A DNA stretch of 10,154 nt from Candidatus Heimdallarchaeota archaeon (lineage in GTDB: Archaea > Asgardarchaeota > Heimdallarchaeia > Heimdallarchaeales > Heimdallarchaeaceae): positions 1 through 10,154 of the forward strand of contig DXJF01000052.1 of NCBI GenBank assembly GCA_019057375.1. The letters are read 5' to 3'. Shown here piece after piece: positions 1 through 7,794 of this stretch. Below the pieces are notes generated by a model that ran no database searches, had not been told where the DNA came from, and saw only the letters and a program-made list of their open reading frames with translations. A program made the position numbers and the translations under genes. Within the stretch, counting starts at the first letter, position 1. Each line of letters starts with the position of its first letter.

Positions 1-698
1 CTGATTAGAGATTTAAGCCTGTAAATCTTTTCACCATCATTAAATACTACGCCTTGTATACCTGATGTAATGACATTGGTTACATTTATTGGAAGAGATT
101 TGAATATGTCCGAAAAGGATTTCTTTCGTGTAAATGCTTCTGCTTCATTTAAAGAAAATTTAACTATATCAACATCTTCTATGATGCTCTTAACATATTT
201 ATTATCAAATCCCAAAACGATTTTTCTATTGTTATCTATATTCCTAACTAAGCCTTGAACATCAAGCCCTACATACTCATGATTTTTCTTTGCCCATTTA
301 ACGGATAAATCAGATATCTCTCTAAAAACTGGGGATATTAAACAAGCTTTAGCCTCCTTCTGTTCTTCCACAAATTCATCAAGATTGTCTGCTTGCGCCA
401 ATAAAAACATCGTTCTTCTATCTTTGTAAATTTTATGTAAAAATTTAGTTGACTCTTCACCTATAAGAATCTCCAGTTCTAATTTACCTATCGAAGAGAG
501 ATAGTGAAGATAAGCTTCTGGGAAATCTTTGCCAACAGATGTGATTATTCTAGTTTTCAAGGAGAGAAGAGGTGTAACCATTGTTGCATAAGCAGGTGGT
601 CCTCCAAGTGCTAATTTTTCCTTCTTAACTGGTTTAACGTTTAAGAATTCTTTATCATCTAACACAAGATGACTAATTACATTCAAATCAGCAGACAC
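1..698 (-). CDS. PfkB/ribokinase-family carbohydrate or nucleoside kinase, 3' end runs off the window
   Basis: Not in the ORF track. Manual translation of the - strand from GTG at 698 is open to base 1: MSADLNVISHLVLD...LALGGPPAYATMVTPLLSLKTRIITSVGKDF...ISPVFREI...VGLDVQGLVR...DIVKFSLNEAE...VITSGIQG. The HLxxD, GGxxxY, xVGxDF, LDxQG and KxSxxEA elements follow the PfkB pattern. The C-terminal DxxGAGD signature would lie outside the window. AGGA lies just upstream of the GTG. Confidence 0.85.
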   Translation of the reverse strand, partial: MSADLNVISHLVLDDKEFLNVKPVKKEKLALGGPPAYATMVTPLLSLKTRIITSVGKDFPEAYLHYLSSIGKLELEILIGEESTKFLHKIYKDRRTMFLLAQADNLDEFVEEQKEAKACLISPVFREISDLSVKWAKKNHEYVGLDVQGLVRNIDNNRKIVLGFDNKYVKSIIEDVDIVKFSLNEAEAFTRKKSFSDIFKSLPINVTNVITSGIQGVVFNDGEKIYRLKSLI

Positions 699-786
699 AA
701 AATTCCTATATAAAGAATGTACTTAAGTTTTATTGCCTTGAAAAAAATGGAAAAGATTTTTGAAGGAGGTAAGTTAATATATAGAC
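699..786. promoter_or_regulatory. Divergent intergenic promoter region between the PfkB kinase and the SLC44-like gene
   Basis: 88-bp AT-rich gap between head-to-head genes. It contains TATATAAA near 707-714 and GGAGGT at 765-770, 16 nt before ATG 787. Individual elements cannot be assigned with certainty. Confidence 0.4.
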
Positions 787-2280
787 ATGACTACAGAAGA
801 AAGAAAAGTAAGAGATTTTGGATTAATCTTTTACTTTTGGTTTTTACTAGTAATAGCTGCTTACGCTTTTGGTATTTATGCAATCTATCAACTGGTTGTT
901 AAAAATACAGATTTAGTCCAATGGGTTCTTGAGAAATTTAACTCTGTTACAACTGTTTTAGGAGATTATCTTTGGTGGGTAGCAGGTGTTGCTGGTGCTT
1001 TATTTGTAATAGGTATTGTATTTGCATATTTGCAAGTATGGTTAATGAGCTATATTGGAGCAGAAATTGTCAATACAGTTATTTTTGGTATTCCATTAGT
1101 ACTCACTGGAGCTGGAATTTACTCCTTCATCGCTTTTAGTGAAGTGTGGATTGGAATTGTTCTAATTGCACCTGCTGCTTTCTTGCTAATAATTGCACTA
1201 CTAGTAGGAAAACGAGTAGTTCTAGGCTCTAAGATATTTGAGATGAGTAATGAAGCTGTAAATGATGAAAAAAGTTCTTTGACTCCTGTCTTCTTTTTTG
1301 CATTTATGTCTCTAATTACTATTATAACTGGTATTGCAGCTGCAGTATTTACAAGTGCAAATATCGATCAGTGGTTAACTGGAACTACAGCAGGTAAATG
1401 GGTAGAATATGTTGTGTTCTTCGTTTTGATATATGTTTATTTAGCTATACATTATACGATGCTACATTTCAGTGATGCAATTAATATTTGTATTTTCAAA
1501 AGATGGAATAATTACAAAGATTCTTCCTTGAAAATAGCAATTAGGGAAATCTGGAAAGTTAAAGGAAGCATCGTTTTATTTGGGATGTTCATAGCATTTT
1601 TTGATGCAATAATTAAAACAATCCAATTCTTTGCTAACAGAAATTTCTTTAAGAAATGGAAGAAGAATAAAGTTTGGACAAGAACTATGCTGGTTTTGAG
1701 AATAATATTCTTTATTTTCATAATAATTCTCAAAGGATTATTTAAAATCCTCAAATTCCTTAACTATTATACTTTAACAATTATAGTAGTAGAAAAACGA
1801 GGTTTCATTAGAAGTGTAGCTAGATCAGCTGATTTGTCTCTAGATTCAGCTGCTGATATTATTATCGGGAAAACTGGTGTAAATATAGCTAAAGGTCTCT
1901 TCACTTTGCTGACTATGGGTTTCTTCTCGTCTGGAGGTTTCTTCCTTGGATATTATTGGTTAGCTGATCAGCTAAGTATACCTGATACAGAGTTTGCATT
2001 AGGAATTAGCTATAAAATAGTGTTTTCAATAGCTATAGGTGCTCTGTTCTTCCTATTTGGATATTTACCAACATCAGCTATTCTACGGCCTATTTCCACA
2101 GCTTACAAGACAATACTTTTCTTCCACATAGCTGATCCATTTAGAGGTAATCCTGGTCGAAGAAGTAGAATTTCCGAAGATATTCAAAAGAAAGTTGATG
2201 GAATACAAGCTGAAGTTATGGAAACCTATGATAAAGAAGAAAGACCAACTTGGGAGAAACCACAAGAAGCAAAAGTATAA
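787..2280 (+). CDS. Choline-transporter-like (SLC44/CTL/Pns1-type) polytopic membrane protein, about 10 TM helices
   Basis: 497 aa with about 10 hydrophobic segments. Colinear motif matches to recalled CTL sequences: KVRDFGLIF (TM1); GKRVVLGSKIFEMSNEAV..SSLTP (cf. RKRILIAIALIKEASRAV..SLLYP); AIREIWKVKGSIVLFG (cf. ALRYHTGSLAFG); LFKILKFLNYYTLTIIVVEKRGFIRS (cf. [26 protein letters not shown]); TAYKTILFFHIADP (cf. CVDTLFLCFLED). Confidence 0.8.
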   Translation: MTTEERKVRDFGLIFYFWFLLVIAAYAFGIYAIYQLVVKNTDLVQWVLEKFNSVTTVLGDYLWWVAGVAGALFVIGIVFAYLQVWLMSYIGAEIVNTVIFGIPLVLTGAGIYSFIAFSEVWIGIVLIAPAAFLLIIALLVGKRVVLGSKIFEMSNEAVNDEKSSLTPVFFFAFMSLITIITGIAAAVFTSANIDQWLTGTTAGKWVEYVVFFVLIYVYLAIHYTMLHFSDAINICIFKRWNNYKDSSLKIAIREIWKVKGSIVLFGMFIAFFDAIIKTIQFFANRNFFKKWKKNKVWTRTMLVLRIIFFIFIIILKGLFKILKFLNYYTLTIIVVEKRGFIRSVARSADLSLDSAADIIIGKTGVNIAKGLFTLLTMGFFSSGGFFLGYYWLADQLSIPDTEFALGISYKIVFSIAIGALFFLFGYLPTSAILRPISTAYKTILFFHIADPFRGNPGRRSRISEDIQKKVDGIQAEVMETYDKEERPTWEKPQEAKV

Positions 2281-2310
2281 CTTCCTCTTTTTTCTCCTTT
2301 TTTCCTTTTC
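2281..2310 (+). terminator. Pyrimidine/oligo-T tract, probable archaeal intrinsic terminator
   Basis: cttcctcttttttctccttttttccttttc directly follows the TAA of 787..2280. Oligo-U tracts are the established archaeal termination signal. Confidence 0.55.
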
Positions 2311-2361
2311 CGAATAAGCAAATTTTTTAATCTGTTATGTTCTCTTTATATTTGTGAGACA

Positions 2362-3768
2362 ATGTCATCAAGGTCACCTCGAAGAAGTTTGATAGGGAGT
2401 CATAGATATAGTGTTGTCATTAAATCTACTGAAACTGAATATACAGCCAGTTTGAGCGGAGTTCTGGATTTGTATGATGGTAAGCACGTTGTGGAAACTC
2501 ATAAATTTTCTACTTTTGATCAACTTGCAGAGACAATAATCAACTATTGGGAGAAAAAATTGGGATCTGAAGTGAACATTCATAGATTCTCAAATTGGTT
2601 GTCAGAATACTTTTCTGATATTGGGATATCAAACATAAATTTCTATCAGATGATAGAAGCTGTTAGAAACTTAGGGACAGGAACATCTTTACATTCTTCA
2701 GGTATTGCAATACGAGAAGCAAAAGTAAGAACTAATGATTTTGATCCGATTGATCCCAAACCCGCTAAAGCAACTGGTGCACATATGTTGGGAGAGCTTG
2801 TAAAACCAGATGAAGAGGTCATTGTTGAAAAAGCTCGACCAGATAAACCGCCGGATGATACTGTTGTTAAACCTAGTGAACTTTTCAAATCAGAGGAAAC
2901 AGTTTCACCAGAAGTTAGTCTTTTACCACCTGTGAAAGTTGAAGTTAAGGAAGAAAAAGAAGCACCACCTATCAATAATCTACTTAAACCTAGTGAAGTG
3001 TTGAAAACACGGGAAACAGCATATGAAATTGTAGAAGAAAAAACAGAAGATTATCCAAAGGTATCAGGGGATCCTGTGGTTACAAAACCATTTGAGAAAA
3101 CTGAAAAAGAAGAACCTCCAATTAATAATTTGCTTCGTCCTAGTGAATATTTAAAGAAAAGAGAGATAATCGAAGTAATTTCAAAATCAATTTTCGATGA
3201 ACCTAGCCAAATACCAGAAGAAAAAAAAACTAGGGTTGCTGCCCCAAAAAAAGAAATAAAACAGCATAAATTAGTTCCTCCTTCAGAAATTTTACTCAAA
3301 CTAGAAGAGGAAGAAGTGTTGAAGAAACCCTCAGAAGTTGTTAAAGAACAGGAAAAGAAAATTCAAGAAGTAAAACCGTTTGCAAAAATAGATCCAAAAG
3401 AGCATGAAATCCCTGTGCCACCTTCAACAGGAAAGAAAGAAGTTAAAACAGCTGATAAAATTGAAGCTAAAGCTTCATTCAAGGAGAGAGAGATTTTACC
3501 ATTTGAAATCGAAGTTGAAGAAGATGGTACTACGATAGAGGATTTCGAAGCTTTGGAAAAAAGAACAATAGCTGATTTGAAGGTTACAGACATAATGGGT
3601 GTTGGTGATAAAATTGCAATGCTTCTCAAAGATGGAGGATTTGATTCTTTAGAGAAAATCCTTACATCTACTCCTGAGGAGTTGAGTAAAATCCGTGGAA
3701 TAGGCATAACATCAGCTAAGAAACTACTTTATGGGGCTAATGCTCTCAAAAAAGAAATAGATGAGTAA
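2362..3768 (+). CDS. Unknown N-terminal domain, long Pro/Glu/Lys-rich repetitive linker, C-terminal double helix-hairpin-helix domain
   Basis: 468 aa. The C-terminus (about 3577-3765) reads VTDIMGVGDKIAMLLKDGGFDSLEKILTSTPEELSKIRGIGITSAKKL, two HhH motifs (GVG, GIG) of the RadA-N/HHH_5 type. The middle is low-complexity and likely disordered. The first ~105 aa look globular but I do not recognise them. Confidence 0.8.
   Translation: MSSRSPRRSLIGSHRYSVVIKSTETEYTASLSGVLDLYDGKHVVETHKFSTFDQLAETIINYWEKKLGSEVNIHRFSNWLSEYFSDIGISNINFYQMIEAVRNLGTGTSLHSSGIAIREAKVRTNDFDPIDPKPAKATGAHMLGELVKPDEEVIVEKARPDKPPDDTVVKPSELFKSEETVSPEVSLLPPVKVEVKEEKEAPPINNLLKPSEVLKTRETAYEIVEEKTEDYPKVSGDPVVTKPFEKTEKEEPPINNLLRPSEYLKKREIIEVISKSIFDEPSQIPEEKKTRVAAPKKEIKQHKLVPPSEILLKLEEEEVLKKPSEVVKEQEKKIQEVKPFAKIDPKEHEIPVPPSTGKKEVKTADKIEAKASFKEREILPFEIEVEEDGTTIEDFEALEKRTIADLKVTDIMGVGDKIAMLLKDGGFDSLEKILTSTPEELSKIRGIGITSAKKLLYGANALKKEIDE
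2848..3345 (+). repeat. Dispersed in-frame peptide repeat, hydrophobic-x-[K/R/P]-P-S-E-hydrophobic-hydrophobic, five copies
   Basis: PPDDTVVKPSELFK (2848-2889), PPINNLLKPSEVLK (2965-3006), PPINNLLRPSEYLK (3115-3156), LVPPSEILLK (3271-3300), VLKKPSEVVK (3316-3345). The 18-aa segments at 2953-3006 and 3103-3156 match at 15 of 18 residues and lie 150 nt apart. Confidence 0.8.
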
Positions 3769-3834
3769 AGGAGAAATTATTCTTCTAACTACTCTATTTT
3801 ATTTTATATGGTTCAGAAATAATAGACAAAATAA

Positions 3835-4368
3835 ATGTGTAATCTTATGATCAAACCGAAAATTCTGCAAATCATAGGGTATGCTGGTACCGGAAAAACA
3901 ACTATAATTTGCTTATTATTAGAGAAACTATTGAAGAAGAATTTTAGCTGTGCTACAATAAAATCGTCAAGGAAACATTCTTACTCTTTTTCTAAAAAGG
4001 ATTCAGATGAGTTTCTTAAAGCAGGTACTAATCTTTCAGCTGTGGTTTTAGATAACACCACCCAAATAACTATAAACGAGCAGATTAAGCTAGAGCGGCT
4101 AATAACAGAAATTTCAAATATTTCTGATCCTGATTTTCTCATTATTGAGGGATTTAAAGATGAAAAATATCCTAAATTATTACTCTGGGCAGAGAAAATA
4201 CTTGATGAATCAATTGATTTTACCACAATCAAATTTTTATATTGTAATTATAATGACTATGAAAGTAGTAAACTGGTTATAGATGAATTTGTTAGTAAAT
4301 ATGATATTCTCTTTAGTACTGAAGTAAATAAAACATTACAGAATATTTTGGAATATTTCGTCAGTTGA
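3835..4368 (+). CDS. mobB: Molybdopterin-guanine dinucleotide biosynthesis protein B (P-loop NTPase)
   Basis: ILQIIGYAGTGKTT Walker A near the N-terminus, then ATIK, DSDEFLKAG and DFLIIEGFK..YPK, all typical of MobB. The real start may be ATG 3847. Confidence 0.88.
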   Translation: MCNLMIKPKILQIIGYAGTGKTTIICLLLEKLLKKNFSCATIKSSRKHSYSFSKKDSDEFLKAGTNLSAVVLDNTTQITINEQIKLERLITEISNISDPDFLIIEGFKDEKYPKLLLWAEKILDESIDFTTIKFLYCNYNDYESSKLVIDEFVSKYDILFSTEVNKTLQNILEYFVS

Positions 4369-4377
4369 GGAAAGTAA

Positions 4378-5481
4378 ATGCATAGTTCAATAAAAAATTT
4401 GCTTGAAGAAGTGGGAAAGAAAACCTCCAAACATGAGCATTCAAAAGAGAATACCACAGGTTTGATTGTAGGTTATGAAAGCAATTCTCAAGACAAGGAG
4501 CACTTCATTACTCATCAAATTAGAAAAATGAAGAAATTTGTTAATGAGATTATTATCTCTCTCCCATTTAACTATGAAATTCAAGATATTCATTTAGCAA
4601 ATGAGTTAAAAGATTTCCCGATTCACATCGTAAATAGAGATAAAAATCATTCTGGTAGCTCTATACTAGCATTTGAAAATTTAGTCAAAAGGAGTCTCAA
4701 TGATAAAATTCTCTTTCTTCCTTTTGATTTAGAAATACCCATTACAAAAATAGAAAACTTAGTGAAGCACAATCATTCATTGTTAACATATCTAGGTTCT
4801 AATGGTAATTTTTGTCCACATCTAGGCTTCTTAGATAAATGGTCAAACCGGTTCAGTTTGCAGATACTCAAATTTAATAAGAAGGAAGGATTGGATGATC
4901 TTTTCAGGATATGTTCCGAACTAGTTTTCTTAAAACTAACAAAGGAAAATCATATCAAGAAGAAGACCTTAATTCCAGAAGAGAAAGTCTTAGATATTGA
5001 TCTAGAAGAATCACGAAAATATTTTCCTCAAAGAGTTCATTATCCTTTAGATGAACAATCCTTGGTAAAAATGATTGCTTTGATACACATTTTAACAAAA
5101 GAAATAGAAGAAAAGAAGAAAATTTCTTCTTCTTTCAAAGTACAGCAATTTATTTCTTTGAGTAATCGATTTGCTAATTCGGGACATTATTTCTTAGCAT
5201 TTCAAGCCCCTTATTTCTTTATCGATAATAAGGAATTTGAAATCAAATTCCCTTTGGATTGGTCTTTTTCTAAAATTTGTGAAAATGGACGTCATCTACT
5301 TTTAGAGGAATCAAGCTTCTATGCAAGCAAAGGATTCGAAAGGTTAAGGTATGCTTGTCTTAATGATTTGATTGAATATAACTTATACAAAGAAAGTGAA
5401 ATTGAATGGATTAAGGAAGAGCAATCCAAAATTTCAAAACTTCTTATAGCGGATAATATCGACCATCAAGCATTTATATGA
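4378..5481 (+). CDS. Degenerate MobA-like (NTP-transferase fold) protein with helical C-terminal extension
   Basis: Directly follows mobB, with GAGGA 6 nt before the ATG. Spacing of TGLIVG, HFITHQIRKMKKFVNEIIIS, D..HSGSSILAF, KILFLPFDL and NGNFCPHLGF follows MobA (xILAGG, LIEHV..VDEIIIS, D...GPLAGI, VLVLPCDMP, GRLEPL). The LAGGxSxRxG and GPLAG signatures are absent. Confidence 0.55.
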   Translation: MHSSIKNLLEEVGKKTSKHEHSKENTTGLIVGYESNSQDKEHFITHQIRKMKKFVNEIIISLPFNYEIQDIHLANELKDFPIHIVNRDKNHSGSSILAFENLVKRSLNDKILFLPFDLEIPITKIENLVKHNHSLLTYLGSNGNFCPHLGFLDKWSNRFSLQILKFNKKEGLDDLFRICSELVFLKLTKENHIKKKTLIPEEKVLDIDLEESRKYFPQRVHYPLDEQSLVKMIALIHILTKEIEEKKKISSSFKVQQFISLSNRFANSGHYFLAFQAPYFFIDNKEFEIKFPLDWSFSKICENGRHLLLEESSFYASKGFERLRYACLNDLIEYNLYKESEIEWIKEEQSKISKLLIADNIDHQAFI

Positions 5482-5500
5482 CCTTCTGACTTTTTTATCA

Positions 5501-6943
5501 ATGACTTATCAAGCTTTGACTAGTTCTAAACCGGGTGTTAATATATGGTATATGTTGCTTAGGGTATTATTTGGTTTAATTCTACCTTTTCTAATAGAGA
5601 TTTTTGTATATGTAATTTATACAGGATTACGAACTCAGGATTATCAATTTTCCTCACTGCTTTTATTCATCTTTCTAATAATACCTATTATTTTCCTTTA
5701 TATTATATCACCAAGATTGGTTTTCTTCTTTGGAGGAGTTAAGAAACACATAACTAATAATCTGAAAACCAATCTAGAACGTATATTCCTTAAGCCAAGG
5801 CGATTAAAGATTCGTGAGAAAGCTGTTCCTCTTGAAGACATGGAGCATATTCTTAAAGATAAGGAAATAAAGCTTTTGAAAAACAAGATTGAAACAAAAG
5901 TTATTCCAGATTTGGTTAAAGAAGCAAGGAAACAATATTCTCAAAACTTCATTGATAGAAGCCACGGTTCAAGAAATCAAAGGTTGTTAACATATAATGA
6001 ATCACTATTCCTGTTTAGTGGAGTTACTTCTGCATTACTCTTCATGAACTTGATACTGGTCATTATTCTGCGAGGAACGAGTGTTAAACTTGATTTCATT
6101 GAATTGGATCAAATCACAAATTCAGTTAATGTACTTATATTCTCTCTGATTTTTGGATTGTTACTTTTCTTTGGTTTATTTCTCTTCTTTACATCATCTA
6201 GAACATTATGTCGTCTAATTCCAAGGATAGTTCCAATTATCTATTATGAACCTGAAATTGAGAGAGAAAGACGATTGATTCAAATTTTGTCTATTGCTGA
6301 ATTTCCAATAAGTAATCTTTTTGTTCGAAGAACTCAAAGGGAATTGTCGAGTGTAATTTATGAAGCCAAGAAGAGTTTACTTCTATCTAAAATGGTTGAG
6401 ACTATATCTTGGCATTATAGAGATGAAATGGCTAAATCTATAGCGTGGAAACTATATAAAGAAGTATTAGAAGAAATTAAAATACCTGAAGAAGCAAAAG
6501 AACAGATTGAGAAACAATTCAAATATGACCCTCTGTTACAAATCATTTCCAGTCAAATATTGACTTCAGAAGAAGAACAAGCAATCAAAGCAGATTTAGA
6601 TTATATTCAAGAAAAGATTTCTAAATGGGATAAAATCAGAAGTGAAGAACAAACATTATCTTTCTTACTTATTTATCGAACTCTTGAAACTGTCTTCAGA
6701 AAAACCTTAATCAACTTAAATCCAGAACTAGAGAAGGAAGAAGTTAATTTCATAAAATTAATTGATATTTTAGAGAAGAATAGAATGATTACAAAAGACG
6801 CTGTTTCTTTACTACATGAAATCAGATTCAAGAGGAATGTGTTATTCCATGAACCAGGAAAATCTTTGGACATAGGGAAGAAAACGATGGAACAATTACT
6901 TTATCTAATAAAAGAGATTATAGATAAGGCAGAAGAGAAATAG
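5501..6943 (+). CDS. Four-TM membrane protein with C-terminal HEPN-type (DUF4145-like) domain
   Basis: Hydrophobic segments at about aa 14-42, 50-80, 169-190 and 211-231. The C-terminal helical region LLIYRTLETVFRKTL...FIKLIDILEKNRMITKDAVSLLHEIRFKRNVLFH carries RxxLE and R-N-x-x-x-H (6833-6850). Confidence 0.7.
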   Translation: MTYQALTSSKPGVNIWYMLLRVLFGLILPFLIEIFVYVIYTGLRTQDYQFSSLLLFIFLIIPIIFLYIISPRLVFFFGGVKKHITNNLKTNLERIFLKPRRLKIREKAVPLEDMEHILKDKEIKLLKNKIETKVIPDLVKEARKQYSQNFIDRSHGSRNQRLLTYNESLFLFSGVTSALLFMNLILVIILRGTSVKLDFIELDQITNSVNVLIFSLIFGLLLFFGLFLFFTSSRTLCRLIPRIVPIIYYEPEIERERRLIQILSIAEFPISNLFVRRTQRELSSVIYEAKKSLLLSKMVETISWHYRDEMAKSIAWKLYKEVLEEIKIPEEAKEQIEKQFKYDPLLQIISSQILTSEEEQAIKADLDYIQEKISKWDKIRSEEQTLSFLLIYRTLETVFRKTLINLNPELEKEEVNFIKLIDILEKNRMITKDAVSLLHEIRFKRNVLFHEPGKSLDIGKKTMEQLLYLIKEIIDKAEEK

Positions 6944-7029
6944 TTTACAATAAATGAATAATGTGAACTAAGATGAAAAGTCCCGTTTATCTAAGAAGTG
7001 AAGTTTCATTTCTATGAAATGACCGACCA

Positions 7030-7794
7030 TTGATTATGGCCCATAGAGGGAGAAGTGCTTACACTCCAGAGAGTTCATATCAATCCTTCAAGGAAGCTTA
7101 TGATTTGGATGTAGATGTTCTGGAAACAGATATTCGGTTGACAAAAGATGGTATTCCTGTGATTTTTCATGATGAATCTTTAGATCGTACTACCAATGGA
7201 ATTGGTTCAATTGTTGACTATACTTTTGATGAATTACAAGCATATGATTTGGGCTATTGGTATCAAGATTCTAGAAGTGGGGAATATCCTTATAGAAACA
7301 AAGATTTCAAGATTCTTTCGCTTGTAGAATTTCTTGATAAATTTCCAAAAATTCGAATAAATCTGGACATCAAAAATGAATTAAAAGAAGCTCCTAAAAA
7401 CATACTCGATGCTATCGTTTCTTCAAATGCACACGATAGGGTTTTATTGGGATCATTTCACCATAAACAAGTCAAGAGATTTAGAGATATAAGCGAACAA
7501 TGGCGTGTTCCTACAAGTGCAAGCCCTCTAGAAGTATTAGCTTTTCTTGGTCACTTTACATTATTCTCCCATAAAAAATTCTGTGCTTTTCAAGTACCTA
7601 TGAAATATAATTTTTTGAAAATTGTTACTCAGAAAAGTATTGAAAGAGCTCACAAATGGAATTTAGCTGTTCATCCATGGACAATTAATGATGAACAAGA
7701 AATGATAAATCTCCTTAACTGGGGAATAGATGGGATTTTTTCAGATGATCCTGAACTATTACTAAAAGTATGGGATTTTCATAAGTTAAAGTAG
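7030..7794 (+). CDS. Glycerophosphodiester phosphodiesterase (GDPD, cytoplasmic UgpQ/GlpQ-like)
   Basis: AHRG, ETDIRLTKDG, VIFHDESLDRTTNG, LDIK, LGSFH and HPWTIND..LLNWGIDGIFSDDP. Both catalytic His residues and the E-x-D metal motif are present. No signal peptide. Start is uncertain (TTG 7030). Confidence 0.93.
   Translation: MIMAHRGRSAYTPESSYQSFKEAYDLDVDVLETDIRLTKDGIPVIFHDESLDRTTNGIGSIVDYTFDELQAYDLGYWYQDSRSGEYPYRNKDFKILSLVEFLDKFPKIRINLDIKNELKEAPKNILDAIVSSNAHDRVLLGSFHHKQVKRFRDISEQWRVPTSASPLEVLAFLGHFTLFSHKKFCAFQVPMKYNFLKIVTQKSIERAHKWNLAVHPWTINDEQEMINLLNWGIDGIFSDDPELLLKVWDFHKLK

Noticed and set aside
70-258. 62-aa + strand ORF
   Set aside because: Antisense shadow of the PfkB kinase gene, which has clear family motifs.
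717-902. 61-aa + strand ORF
   Set aside because: Out-of-frame overlap with the start of the SLC44-like gene, no recognisable motif.
1512-2265. Short - strand ORFs 1512..1754 and 2083..2265
   Set aside because: Antisense to the well-supported transporter gene.
2374-3707. Four - strand ORFs (69-114 aa) rich in Ser/Phe/Leu
   Set aside because: Expected antisense open frames of a GAA/AAA-rich coding strand, not independent genes.
3577-3765. C-terminal HhH pair as RadA, NusA or a DNA ligase/polymerase fragment
   Set aside because: No ATPase, KH/S1 or catalytic domain is present in the protein; only the generic HhH module matches.
3943-3990. MobB has IKSSRKH instead of the usual IKHxxH
   Set aside because: Single-motif drift in an otherwise normal MobB; it means little without an alignment of close homologs.
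4366-4380. mobB and the MobA-like gene are in the same frame, suggesting readthrough fusion
   Set aside because: Two stops intervene (TGA GGA AAG TAA ATG) and the second gene has its own GAGGA site.
3981-4457. - strand ORFs 3981..4232 and 4257..4457
   Set aside because: Antisense to mobB and the MobA-like gene.
5698-6873. - strand ORFs 5698..5886 and 6673..6873
   Set aside because: Antisense shadows of the TM-HEPN gene.
7779-7794. 16-bp overlap of convergent GDPD and PHP 3' ends
   Set aside because: Common in compact archaeal genomes, no sign of antisense regulation from sequence alone.
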